A stretch of DNA of 64,000 bases from an uncultured bacterium (GTDB taxonomy: Bacteria > Oederibacteriota > JAAXVQ01 > JAUVAV01). The notes below the pieces were generated by a model. It was given only the letters and a program-made list of their open reading frames with translations, was not told where the DNA came from and made no database searches. The stretch covers positions 160,001 through 224,000 of the forward strand of contig CAVQBK010000001.1 of the NCBI GenBank assembly GCA_963710755.1, written 5' to 3'. Of the stretch, positions 19,589 through 29,610 are shown in pieces. Numbering within the stretch: position 1 is the first letter of the stretch; each line of letters opens with the position of its first letter. Both the position numbers and the translations under genes were made by a program.

Positions 19589-22500
19589 ATGAAACACCAA
19601 TTCTGCATTGCCAGCATCTTTAAAAAAAGCTTTCTTTTTCTTTCTTCTCTGGCCATCCTGGCCACACTCTGTTTTGTGGTTACAACACCTAGCTTTGGTA
19701 AGGAATTCACCGATGATTTGACCACCGACTTCTATGGCGGATCGGAAGATAATATCATCATCCGCCAAAACCTGAAAGGCAGCCTGCAATTGGCGCCGTA
19801 CGCAGTTCTGGGCAATTGGAATGCAGTTAATGCACCGTCGAGTGCCTCGCTGTATATGGCGTCCACCACTGTTTATAATGGGAAATTATATTTAAGCGGC
19901 GGCTTTGGCAACGCTGACTCGGGAGGCCTTAATAATACAGGCACTGATAATGCTATTAATAAAATCTGGTACGCCACTGTTCTGGCGGACGGAAAAATTG
20001 AAGAATGGAAACCAATCGATGAGACATCACGATTGCCACAACCCACCTATGGTCATTCTTCCACGGTAGTGAATGGCCGTTTATATATTATCGGCGGCAG
20101 CAATTCGGTTGATAAAAAACCGGTCAGCTCTGTTTACTGGGCCAAAATCATCGGCCATGACGGGAGCATCAAGGCTTATTACAAGTCCAATACTTGGACA
20201 GCCGTAGCTTCCTTGCCAACGCCCTTATTTAAAGCAGCTGCCGCTCAATATGAAGGCCGGATTTATGTGGCCGGTGGCATTGATTCGTCCAATGTGGCCC
20301 AAAATGTTGTGTATTATACGGATGTTCACCCTGATGGTGATATCACGGCCTGGCAAACCGCCAGTGCCCAGCTTCCTGGCAATTTGGCAGGTCATTCCAT
20401 GGTGCAGAGCAATGGCCGGCTCTATGTAGTAGGGGGCTCCACCACCGGGGAACAAATCAATGCTACTAATAGTGTTTATATCGGCAATATCGATCCCACG
20501 ACAGGAGATGTGGTCAGCTGGACTACCGCTACCAGCCTGCCGGAAGCCTTATTTGGGGCGGCTGCGGCTGTTTCTGCCGGTAAAATCTGGGTCAGCGGCG
20601 GCATTGTCTCCGGAACCGCCAGAGCTAATGTTTATTATGCACTTATCGACCGCCTAGCCGGTCTGATTCCGGGTCCCGGACAACCCGATACATGGACCAG
20701 AACCACTGATTTACCGATACCCCTTTACAATCATAATATGGTGGCCTTTAATGGCCGTTTATTTATTACAGGCGGTTATAATGCCGGAGCCAGCGATAAA
20801 TGTTATACCAGCACCCTTTTAAGCAATAAAACCAATATCAAAAAATGGGAGCCAACCACATCTTTATTTATTTCTGAGTATGGGGAAGGCAGCTTAAAAA
20901 CCTGGACCGGTCATACGGCTATTCTAAGGGTGCCTTTGCAGCAATCGTCATCTTCGTCTGTCGGATCACCCCAGGTTTATGTGCTGGGCGGCGGATCGAA
21001 TAGCTATAGTGCCTACGCTGACGGACAGGCTTTTACCGGGGCTGCTCGACCTGAGGCCTACTCGACCATATACAATGCGGCTATAGATTCCAATGGCGAG
21101 TTGAAGACTTGGAAAGCCGAGGACTCTGCTGGAACCATTCCTGTGGCCAGCATCATGCATATGTCCACGCTCTGTAATGGGGCGATGTACGTCATTGGGG
21201 GTGCCAATTCACTTAATGCCACCATCTGGGCCGATGCCCCGGCGGGTTCAATAACTGCTGTAGGCAACACCGCCACGCCAACGTCGCAAGCTATTGCCTA
21301 CGGTGAAACCATGGTTTTTTATGAGCAGGTAAAACAAGGGGGAACCAGCAGTGGCGGTTCTGCCGGCACTATTGAAAAAACAGCGCCCATTCCCATTTTT
21401 GATCCCAAATATGAATTTGATACTTATAATACAATCCGTGGATTACCTGCAGCCGATCCTTTCCCCGCAGTAAATGCTAAAACAAGTGAGCCCATATATC
21501 AACCCTTGATACGTGCTGCCGTGACCTCCTACAACGGCTATATTTATGTTATTGGCGGTATTTCCAGGGAGAATGATGATTGGGATACGGTCAATACACC
21601 AAATTTACCCATATCCAGCAGACGCTATTTTGAAGACAGGGTATGGTATTGCCGACCCAATCCTTCTGGGAGTATCAATGAGTTTGGTGGTCCCGGCGGA
21701 TGGAAAAACACGACAGCCTTATCCCCTACGATCCATGCCTCTGATTTAGTACCACTTTATGATGCCCAAGCTTGTGTGGCTTATGGCCGGATTTATCTCT
21801 TTGGCGGCCGTGATGCCAGTGGTGTTGTGCGATCAGAAGTGTATTATGCCCGTATTCTGGATGACGGCACCTTGGGGGCTTGGATAGAGGATACCCCTAT
21901 GCCCACCACTTTGGCGGAGCATCAAGTGGTCTTCACTTCCGGCCGCTTTTATGTAATAGGTGGGGTTATTGATGCTGCCGGTAATTTGACGGACGATGTT
22001 TTTTATTGTACCCCTGCTGCTCAAGTGGCCCTGGATACGCCTTCCATTCCTACGGTATCTAATCCAGGCGCCTGGGAATTATCTTTAACGGCCTTGGAAT
22101 ACCCTGTGGCCGGCCATCAATGTGTGAGTAACAATGGCTATATTTATCTGTTGGGCGGACGATACAATCCCACGGATCCGCACACCTCCAGCGCTTACCT
22201 TACCAATATTGCAGATATGTATCATACTCAAACTTTGGTTTTTGCCTGGGCAGGCAATTATGAACGTTATGTAGATCTTGACAAAGATCAGTTGGTGCAA
22301 TTTATCAACTGGGATGCCTTACCCAACAATGAAACCATACGATTCCGGTATCGCTATGCTTTGGAAAAGGGGCAGTGGTCTCCCTGGACCTTATCCCAAT
22401 CCCTGGGACCTGTTAATGTAAACCATTTCTGCCGCTATATCCATTACAAGGTCCATTTTGAAACCCTGACCAATGATCCTGCTAACTTTGCCAATACACC

Positions 22501-22852
22501 GGAAATCTCCAGGGTCTTCATTGATTATGCAGCCTCAAAACGAGTAGATGAAGATAACTTCCAGATCAATCACAACAAATTTGATCCTCAGGTGCAATCT
22601 CTGACTGTTTCTTATAAAACCCGTGATCATAGCGTTGATGGCGTGGTTATCCGTGTATACAATCTTGAAGGTGAAATGATTAAAAAACAGGAGTTTGCCA
22701 TTGCGCCGGGAACAATCTTGCCGGTCACTGGTTCCTGGATTTGGGATGGCACCAATGACAATGACGAATTGGTGGCCAATGGTGTTTATATTATTCAGTA
22801 TAATTCTGGTAATACCCACAAAATCAGAAAAGTGGTTGTTTATAAACAATAA
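19589..22852 (+). CDS. Secreted Kelch-like beta-propeller protein with C-terminal FlgD-Ig/T9SS-like sorting domain
   Basis: Signal peptide; about a dozen GRLY..GG...VY...W...LP repeats; ends IRVYNLEG..WDG.N..ELVANGVY.....KVVVYKQ. Confidence 0.85.
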   Translation: MKHQFCIASIFKKSFLFLSSLAILATLCFVVTTPSFGKEFTDDLTTDFYGGSEDNIIIRQNLKGSLQLAPYAVLGNWNAVNAPSSASLYMASTTVYNGKLYLSGGFGNADSGGLNNTGTDNAINKIWYATVLADGKIEEWKPIDETSRLPQPTYGHSSTVVNGRLYIIGGSNSVDKKPVSSVYWAKIIGHDGSIKAYYKSNTWTAVASLPTPLFKAAAAQYEGRIYVAGGIDSSNVAQNVVYYTDVHPDGDITAWQTASAQLPGNLAGHSMVQSNGRLYVVGGSTTGEQINATNSVYIGNIDPTTGDVVSWTTATSLPEALFGAAAAVSAGKIWVSGGIVSGTARANVYYALIDRLAGLIPGPGQPDTWTRTTDLPIPLYNHNMVAFNGRLFITGGYNAGASDKCYTSTLLSNKTNIKKWEPTTSLFISEYGEGSLKTWTGHTAILRVPLQQSSSSSVGSPQVYVLGGGSNSYSAYADGQAFTGAARPEAYSTIYNAAIDSNGELKTWKAEDSAGTIPVASIMHMSTLCNGAMYVIGGANSLNATIWADAPAGSITAVGNTATPTSQAIAYGETMVFYEQVKQGGTSSGGSAGTIEKTAPIPIFDPKYEFDTYNTIRGLPAADPFPAVNAKTSEPIYQPLIRAAVTSYNGYIYVIGGISRENDDWDTVNTPNLPISSRRYFEDRVWYCRPNPSGSINEFGGPGGWKNTTALSPTIHASDLVPLYDAQACVAYGRIYLFGGRDASGVVRSEVYYARILDDGTLGAWIEDTPMPTTLAEHQVVFTSGRFYVIGGVIDAAGNLTDDVFYCTPAAQVALDTPSIPTVSNPGAWELSLTALEYPVAGHQCVSNNGYIYLLGGRYNPTDPHTSSAYLTNIADMYHTQTLVFAWAGNYERYVDLDKDQLVQFINWDALPNNETIRFRYRYALEKGQWSPWTLSQSLGPVNVNHFCRYIHYKVHFETLTNDPANFANTPEISRVFIDYAASKRVDEDNFQINHNKFDPQVQSLTVSYKTRDHSVDGVVIRVYNLEGEMIKKQEFAIAPGTILPVTGSWIWDGTNDNDELVANGVYIIQYNSGNTHKIRKVVVYKQ

Positions 22853-22869
22853 TCAAGGTTCTCAAGAAA

Positions 22870-22986
22870 TAAAATACCTCGCCATTCATTGGGGAGTATT
22901 TGGATAGCAGCGGAAAAGAAGATCATTATTTTTATGGTCGCTTCATCTCTGTATTGAAATACGGGGAATTCGCGAGGACGTATTAA
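22870..22986 (+). repeat. Full copy of the intergenic element, upstream of the PorV-like gene
   Basis: AATACCTCGCCAT..GTATTTGGATA..GGAA..GTCGCTT..TTGAAATAC..GCGAGGACGTATTAA; the end overlaps the AAGGAG RBS. Confidence 0.8.
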
Positions 22987-22996
22987 GGAGATCAAT

Positions 22997-23944
22997 ATGC
23001 GCAGAACGGCATTTATTTTCATGATGTTAATGGCACTCCTGGCCGGGCAAGTTTGGGGAAGAGGTGTGGGCACCTCGGTCATGAACTTCCTTAAAGTAAC
23101 TCATGGTCCGCGGTTTGACGGCATGGGAGGCGTAGGTGTGGCGCTAGTGGACGATATCAACAGTATCACCTGGAACCCGGCAGGTCTATCTCATCTGGCT
23201 CCTGATTATTTTGATGCGTCTTTTGAACACGATTTCTGGATTGGTGATATTGAATATGAAGCCCTTAATTTTGCTACTTACTTGGGGGACACCTACGGTG
23301 GAGGGCTGCAGTTGCTCTATCGGCATATGCCTGATATTGACAATGATTTAGCCGATGAGCAACCGCAAAAAGTTTGGGATTTTGCAGGCACCCTTGGTTT
23401 GGGAATCACTATTACCAATTTTTCGGTGGGGGTAAATTTAAAAGCGATTGCTTCTCAGCTGGGAGACGCCCAACTGATGGGCATTGCCGGAGATTTGGGT
23501 ATGCAGATCAGGTTCATGGAAGATAAATTCAGCGTCGGCCTGGCCGTACAGAATTTGGGACCTGATATTAAGACAGATTCCCTGCCCCTGTTTATCCGTG
23601 GTGGTATTGGTTACAAAGATTCCTTTGGCTCTAAAAAACAACATGAGCTTCTGGGGGCTTTCGAGATTAATCAGCCCTTGGATAACAAATTGGTGATCAG
23701 ATTGGGCGCTGAATATTGGTATGCCAAAACAGTAGCCGCACGGGTAGGTTACGTGCAACAGATTGGTGCTGATGACTTGCAGTCAGATAAATTTTTGGAC
23801 CGTCTAACCTGGGGCGCCAGTGTGCGCTGGGCTGATTTGCAGATTGATTACGCTTTTATTCCTTTTGCAGATTTGGGTTCAGTGCATAAACTGGCGTTGA
23901 AATTGCATTATGGCCCGCTGACCGATACAGTGGAAAATTTCTGA
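22997..23944 (+). CDS. PorV/PorQ-family outer-membrane beta-barrel
   Basis: FLK...[38 protein letters not shown]. Confidence 0.85.
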   Translation: MRRTAFIFMMLMALLAGQVWGRGVGTSVMNFLKVTHGPRFDGMGGVGVALVDDINSITWNPAGLSHLAPDYFDASFEHDFWIGDIEYEALNFATYLGDTYGGGLQLLYRHMPDIDNDLADEQPQKVWDFAGTLGLGITITNFSVGVNLKAIASQLGDAQLMGIAGDLGMQIRFMEDKFSVGLAVQNLGPDIKTDSLPLFIRGGIGYKDSFGSKKQHELLGAFEINQPLDNKLVIRLGAEYWYAKTVAARVGYVQQIGADDLQSDKFLDRLTWGASVRWADLQIDYAFIPFADLGSVHKLALKLHYGPLTDTVENF

Positions 23945-23957
23945 CAGGGAGTATCCG

Positions 23958-26138
23958 GTGAAATTGATCAGTGAACGGATGAAAATTGTTTTTTTTATCA
24001 CGGCTGTCTTCTTGGGGGTCAACACCATAACGTTGGCGGCCACCGCGATTTATCGTTCCGTTGGGCCCGGCAATAGTTCCGCTTTGGCTGATGATAATGG
24101 TGGAACCAATGATTTAAATATTACCAATGGGATCATCACTTTTTCGGCTTCCGTGGCAAACAATATCGGCGTTGGTGATGTGGTGCAATACAATGACGGC
24201 AGTTTTCACATTGTGTTTATTCATGACCGCATTAATTCCACTCGATTTCAAGTTCGCAGCGCCGATGGGACGCTGCCTTCTGATGTGGCGTCCAATAGCA
24301 GTTGGTCCATTTTCCGGGCCTACACATCTTTGAATAATGCTGTGAATGGAACGGAAAACAGCGTCATCGACGGATCAGTAAACGATTTTGATAGTGGCGC
24401 GCGTGATCTCACGGTCTATAACGAGGTTTGGAATATCGCTTGTTATAATGATGGTATTGACAGCACGGTAGTTAAGATTTCTTCCTGGACCACGTCGTCC
24501 ACTCAATATTTACATATTTTTACACCTTATGATGCAACCCAAGTGGGCAGCTCCCAGCGTCATAATGGGGTTTGGACCAATGGAGCCTATCGATTGATTT
24601 TAAACAACAAAAACGCTCTACAATTGGATACCAATCATATCCTGATCGAAGGACTGCAAATTCAAGTTTCCGGCGTCAATAATACTGACCAAAGCGCCAT
24701 TTATTTGAAAGGTCAAACCGGTCCGACTGAAATTAAAATAACCGGATGTATTTTGCAAGGTGCCAATGACAGTGGGAATAATAAAAATGGTCATTGGGGA
24801 GTTCAGACCGATTCAACCAACGTCAACGGCAATATTATTATATGGAACAACATTATTTACGGTTTTTTAGGTGATAATGCCCATTCGGATAATGGCGGGT
24901 TGGGTCTTAAATATGGCAACCAAAATTATTTTATCTACAATAATACGGTCGATAATTGCAAGCAAGGCATTTTATTATCATCCGGTACGGCCGAAGCGAT
25001 AAATAATATTACTCAAAATTGCAGTGACGGGTTTGTCGGACTTTTTTCGGCAACTTCCGATTATAATCTCTCCGATATTAATAATGATGCGCCCGGAACC
25101 CATTCCAAGAACAATGCTGCCGTTAATTTTGTGGGGGCTTCAGACTATCATTTGGCCCCATCCGATACCAGTGCCAGAGCTTCGGGACTGGAGCTTTCCG
25201 GCTATGGAAGCTATGCCTTTAATGATGATATTGACCGGCAAAGCCGCAGCTGGCGTTGGGATATGGGTGCTGATGAGCAAACCTTGGCCGCCAATCCAAC
25301 CTATACGCCAACCTATACGGATACACCAACTTTTACACCAACCTTTACACCGACCATTACGCCTACAAGTACCGTAACCCTTACATTTACACGCACGATC
25401 ACAAAAACCCATACGCCCACTGTTACTCATACGCCGACGTTCACGCCGACGTTCACACCCAGTGCGACCTTGACCGCTTCACCTACGTTTACACATACAC
25501 CCACGGCTTCACCCACCTTTACCCATACGCCTACGGTGACGCCGACTTTTACCCGTACGCATACGCCAACGGCTACGCCTACCTTTACCCATACGCAGAC
25601 AGCCACACCAACTAAAACAGTGACCGCCACCAATACCCATACTCCTACGGTAACACCCACCAGGACAGCCACGCCGACCTGTACACATTCTCCCACCATT
25701 ACTGCAACCTCTACGCACACACCTACCTTTACTTCTACTAGTACCATGACGCCGACGGTAACTGTCACGCCCACGTTTACTCATTCGGCGACATCTACCA
25801 ATACACCTACCGTGACCCCGACCAGCTCACCGACCACTACCGCTCAACCCAGCGAATCCTTGGCCAAAGTAGTGGTTTTTCCTAACCCTTATATAGAACA
25901 TAAGGAAAATTACCGAACCATCAATTTTATCTATCTAACCTTTAATGCGAAAATTCGCGTGTATAATCTGGCCGGGAAACTGGTATGGGAAGCGGAAAAA
26001 AATGATGGTTCCGACCGTATCGGCTGGATTGGCGTAAAAAATAATGAAGGCCAAAAATTGGCTTCCGGCGTTTATATTTATATGATTACCAATAGGCAAG
26101 GCGAGAAGAAAACAGGCAAAATTGCAATTTTGAGATAA
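23958..26138 (+). CDS. Secreted beta-helix protein with Thr/Pro linker and T9SS type-A-like C-terminal domain
   Basis: Signal peptide; NNII/NNT beta-helix turns, DYHL..S.A...[12 protein letters not shown]; CTD VFPNP..IRVYNL.G.LV..LASGVY..KIAILR. Confidence 0.85.
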   Translation: MKLISERMKIVFFITAVFLGVNTITLAATAIYRSVGPGNSSALADDNGGTNDLNITNGIITFSASVANNIGVGDVVQYNDGSFHIVFIHDRINSTRFQVRSADGTLPSDVASNSSWSIFRAYTSLNNAVNGTENSVIDGSVNDFDSGARDLTVYNEVWNIACYNDGIDSTVVKISSWTTSSTQYLHIFTPYDATQVGSSQRHNGVWTNGAYRLILNNKNALQLDTNHILIEGLQIQVSGVNNTDQSAIYLKGQTGPTEIKITGCILQGANDSGNNKNGHWGVQTDSTNVNGNIIIWNNIIYGFLGDNAHSDNGGLGLKYGNQNYFIYNNTVDNCKQGILLSSGTAEAINNITQNCSDGFVGLFSATSDYNLSDINNDAPGTHSKNNAAVNFVGASDYHLAPSDTSARASGLELSGYGSYAFNDDIDRQSRSWRWDMGADEQTLAANPTYTPTYTDTPTFTPTFTPTITPTSTVTLTFTRTITKTHTPTVTHTPTFTPTFTPSATLTASPTFTHTPTASPTFTHTPTVTPTFTRTHTPTATPTFTHTQTATPTKTVTATNTHTPTVTPTRTATPTCTHSPTITATSTHTPTFTSTSTMTPTVTVTPTFTHSATSTNTPTVTPTSSPTTTAQPSESLAKVVVFPNPYIEHKENYRTINFIYLTFNAKIRVYNLAGKLVWEAEKNDGSDRIGWIGVKNNEGQKLASGVYIYMITNRQGEKKTGKIAILR
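25297..25845 (+). repeat. Coding low-complexity tandem repeat (T-P-T-F/V, T-H-T-P linker)
   Basis: About 180 codons of TPT[F/V/A]T[H/P] units. Confidence 0.9.
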
Positions 26139-26184
26139 GCGGCAATGACCCATGCACAGCACCCTCACGAAGGAGGATAGGATA

Positions 26185-28095
26185 ATGAATGAAGAAAAAA
26201 ATAGAGTGATCAGTGCAGCTCATCGCCTAGGGTTGGCCTTGCTGATGATGGTCATGATTCTGCCCAATCTCTGGGCGGCCGGCGAAGGGACGACAGGAGC
26301 TTCCTTTTTAAATATCGGAACCTCAGCCCGGGCCGCGGGTATGGGTGGGGCCTACACAGCAGCAGTGGATGATGTGGATTCCACCTTTTGGAATCCTGCA
26401 GGCCTGATGCAGCTGCAGCGCAGCACCGTGGGGTTAACCCATCTGGAATGGTTTCAGGATATACGCTATGAGTATGTGTCCTACGCGAGTAAATTTGATT
26501 ATGTCGGTGCCATTGGCGTCAATCTGGGCTTTCTTTATCTGGGCGATATTCCCAAGACCGTGACCACCCTCAATGGGACGGATTATGACCCTGAGGCTAG
26601 TCAAAAACTGGGCACTTTCGGAGCTTCCGATTTATTACTTGATTTTGCTTGGGCCGGCCGCTTGGGGTTTGACGAAAATATGTTCGGAGTAGCTGTGAAA
26701 ATCATTCAGGAAAGTATTGATGATAATGCCTCCTTTAGTGTAGCCCTCGATTTGGGTGAACAATATTTAATCGATAAATCCGCCTGGTATCAAAGCTTGG
26801 CGGAAACGTCATGGACTTCGGGCTTGATCCCCAACGTGGTAAGCCTGGTGGTGAAAAATCTTGGCACGCCAGTAAAATATTTTAATCAAAACGATCCCCT
26901 GCCACTCTCCGCCAGCCTGGGGGCTGCTTATAAATTTTTCGATGATCATTTGACCGCCGCTGTGGATTTTAATTATTTGACCATGGAATCGCTGGCCGGA
27001 ATTAATGTTGGTGCTGAATATTGGTACGACAATCTGATTCAAGGTGATGGCGAACATCATCTCGATGTGGCTTTGCGTGCCGGTTATCGCACCGGCTATG
27101 ATGCCACTTCGGCGCCGGGGTTTGCCTTTGGAGGCGGGTTGCGCTATGGTGGTCTGATCATGGACTATGTTTACATGCCTTTTGGAGATTTGGGCAGCAC
27201 TCATCGGGTCTCTTTGAAAGTTTCTTGGGGCGATATTCTGAAGGATAAGATGGCCGCTAAACCCAAGAAGACTGTGAAAAAGAACTTATCCGCCTCGGAA
27301 AGAGAATTGTTGAAAACGGCCAACAGGTTGGTGCGGCAAAAGAGAGAAATGGAAGGTAAAACCAGTATTCAGAAGAGTGAAGCCGCGAAACGCTCCATGA
27401 CCGCTGTTGAAGCTAAAAAACCGGAAGATCATGAAGTGGTCAAGGAAACCAAATCCCTTGGTGCTGAAATCGAGGCCTCCAAGGATGTGCCGCGTGAAGT
27501 CGTTATTGGCAAAGGCGCAATTATCAAGGCGCGCAGTTCCAAAGTTGACAGTGAATTAATAGCCAAAATCACAAGTGCCAGCAAAATGGAACCGAATAAC
27601 AACAGGACCAGAAGTAAATATATGCGCCGCACGCAGGAAGATGTAGTGCGTGCGGCCAGACGGGAAGCAGAGCGGCAAAGTCAAGCCATGAATGCTGTAG
27701 AAGAGGCAGCCAAGCAGGAGGCTGGCAACCAAGCCACTCAGGTAAAAGGTAAATTGGTGACCCGGACCACGGTTTATTTTGCCAGAAACAGCTTTAAGCT
27801 TAATGACCGGTATCTTTTCGCATTGGATAAAATTGCCGTAAGTTTTGATCGCTATCCGGAAAGAACCATATTGGTGCACGGACATGCTTCGGGTGACGAA
27901 GGTAATAAAAAAGAGTTGTCGCTCAAACGTGCAGCCGCGGTAAAAGAATATTTGATCCAGATTAAGAGCATTCCCAATAACAAGGTGGCGATTAAAGCCT
28001 TGGCGGATACTCAACCCTTGGCTGAAGAAAAGGACGCCAAAGGAAAGGCACGTAACCGTTGTGTCCGCGTGCAATTAATTAAATCAGGGAACTAG
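26185..28095 (+). CDS. PorV/PorQ-family barrel fused through a charged linker to an OmpA-like C-terminal domain
   Basis: FLNIG.SARA.GMGG, WNPAGL, DY..MPFGDLG.TH; C-terminal VYF..NS..L, GHA, LS.KRA.AV..YL, NR.V; AGGAGG RBS. Confidence 0.85.
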   Translation: MNEEKNRVISAAHRLGLALLMMVMILPNLWAAGEGTTGASFLNIGTSARAAGMGGAYTAAVDDVDSTFWNPAGLMQLQRSTVGLTHLEWFQDIRYEYVSYASKFDYVGAIGVNLGFLYLGDIPKTVTTLNGTDYDPEASQKLGTFGASDLLLDFAWAGRLGFDENMFGVAVKIIQESIDDNASFSVALDLGEQYLIDKSAWYQSLAETSWTSGLIPNVVSLVVKNLGTPVKYFNQNDPLPLSASLGAAYKFFDDHLTAAVDFNYLTMESLAGINVGAEYWYDNLIQGDGEHHLDVALRAGYRTGYDATSAPGFAFGGGLRYGGLIMDYVYMPFGDLGSTHRVSLKVSWGDILKDKMAAKPKKTVKKNLSASERELLKTANRLVRQKREMEGKTSIQKSEAAKRSMTAVEAKKPEDHEVVKETKSLGAEIEASKDVPREVVIGKGAIIKARSSKVDSELIAKITSASKMEPNNNRTRSKYMRRTQEDVVRAARREAERQSQAMNAVEEAAKQEAGNQATQVKGKLVTRTTVYFARNSFKLNDRYLFALDKIAVSFDRYPERTILVHGHASGDEGNKKELSLKRAAAVKEYLIQIKSIPNNKVAIKALADTQPLAEEKDAKGKARNRCVRVQLIKSGN

Positions 28096-28153
28096 GGTGC
28101 TGTGCAATTGCTCAGTTTAAAAAGGTGTTTTATCTATAATTTAGGAGGGTGCA

Positions 28154-29536
28154 ATGAGCCCGATATTTGGCGACGATAAAAATAGTGAAGAGAAGGACAA
28201 AGACCAATCTTCACAAGAGGAACAGAAAAAATCCAAGATTGTCTCTTCATATAATTTGACCTATGATCAAATTAAGAAAAAAGAGATGGGCGAAGACAAG
28301 GACAGCACCACTGGGACATCGGAAAAACCAGCGGAAACTCAAAACGCGGACCAAGCAGGGAAGAAAAAACCGGCCGGCCGGTTTTCCAGATTGGCTACTC
28401 AATTTAAAAAAATTGATGTACAGGAATCAATTGGGAAAATTAAGGGCCAACATCAGGGTAGCTTGGCTGGTATCGGCCAATGGGTCAAGGAACACAAAGC
28501 TATCGTCATCGTTGCGGTGGTGCTGGTGGGTTTGGCAGCCTCTTGGGGACTGTCGCGGTTGTTTTTTGGGGAAAAGAAAAAGGCGGTCGATGAAAAAGCC
28601 GGCATTCAGTTTGCGGAGATTGGCAGCCGGGTCAATGTCTTGAAGGTGGCTAAAACCGATTTTTCCGACTCGATTTTAGCCATGGGTACGGTTAAGGGAT
28701 TTGCCCAGGTCAATTTGGGTTTTCAACTTTCCGGTGTCGTTTCAGCTTTTTATTTTCGAGAGGGCGACGAAATCAAAGCTGGCGAAATTATTGCGCAGCT
28801 TGATCCACAAGAACAATTACTTAAGTATGAACAATCCAAGGTGCAATATGAAAATTCGCAGTCTTTGTATGACCTAGGGGCAATTATCCCTGCCAAATTG
28901 CAGGAGGCCAAGATCAATATGGATCTGGCGCAGACCGAATTGAGCAAAACGGCCATCGTGGCTCCTTCAGACGGCATTTTGGGGAGCCGTGATGCGGAGG
29001 TGGGAAGTGCTGTTAATCCCAACATGAAAATCGCCACGTTTTTGGATATTGACGATGTCTTTGCGGAAGTGGGTATTATGGAGCGGGAAATCAACAAGGT
29101 GGTGCTGGGCCAGTCCGTCAAGGTCAATGTGGATGCTTACCCGGATTTGGATTTTGGCGGCACCGTAACCAACGTGGCACCAATGGTTAAAGGCAAGAGT
29201 AAAACCCTGGATGTAAAAGTTCAAATTGCCAACCCCTACCGGCTGCTGTTACCGGGAATGTTTGTGCGGGTAAGGATCAAAATCTTTGAAACTAAAAATG
29301 CGATTATTATTCCACGCCCGGCTTTGAAAAAGGTAAAGGGCGCCTACCATGTCTTTACAGTCAATCAAAACAACAAAGCTGAATTCAAGCCGGTGAAACT
29401 GGGTTATGTGACTACTGATAATGTGCAAATTACCGAAGGGCTGAACGAAGGCGATTTGGTAGTGGTGGATGGTATGGAAGAATTAAAAGACGGTGCCAAA
29501 GTTCAAATTATGGAATATCAAAGTACAGCTTTTTAA
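28154..29536 (+). CDS. RND membrane fusion protein (periplasmic adaptor) with a long cytoplasmic N-terminus
   Basis: EGD.IKAG..IAQLD, I.APSDG, L.PGMF, GL..GD.VV. Confidence 0.92.
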   Translation: MSPIFGDDKNSEEKDKDQSSQEEQKKSKIVSSYNLTYDQIKKKEMGEDKDSTTGTSEKPAETQNADQAGKKKPAGRFSRLATQFKKIDVQESIGKIKGQHQGSLAGIGQWVKEHKAIVIVAVVLVGLAASWGLSRLFFGEKKKAVDEKAGIQFAEIGSRVNVLKVAKTDFSDSILAMGTVKGFAQVNLGFQLSGVVSAFYFREGDEIKAGEIIAQLDPQEQLLKYEQSKVQYENSQSLYDLGAIIPAKLQEAKINMDLAQTELSKTAIVAPSDGILGSRDAEVGSAVNPNMKIATFLDIDDVFAEVGIMEREINKVVLGQSVKVNVDAYPDLDFGGTVTNVAPMVKGKSKTLDVKVQIANPYRLLLPGMFVRVRIKIFETKNAIIIPRPALKKVKGAYHVFTVNQNNKAEFKPVKLGYVTTDNVQITEGLNEGDLVVVDGMEELKDGAKVQIMEYQSTAF

Positions 29537-29610
29537 TCACGGTAGTGAGCGGCAGTACTTAATCAATCTGGTTGAAAACGATAAGATTATAAGACGGGAG
29601 AAGATGTCCC

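Noticed and set aside
25427-25784. Val/Gly-rich and Arg-rich minus-strand ORFs
   Set aside because: Mirror translations of the Thr/Pro repeat
25297-25845. Possible CRISPR array
   Set aside because: No identical repeats with unique spacers; it is in-frame coding sequence, and no cas genes are present
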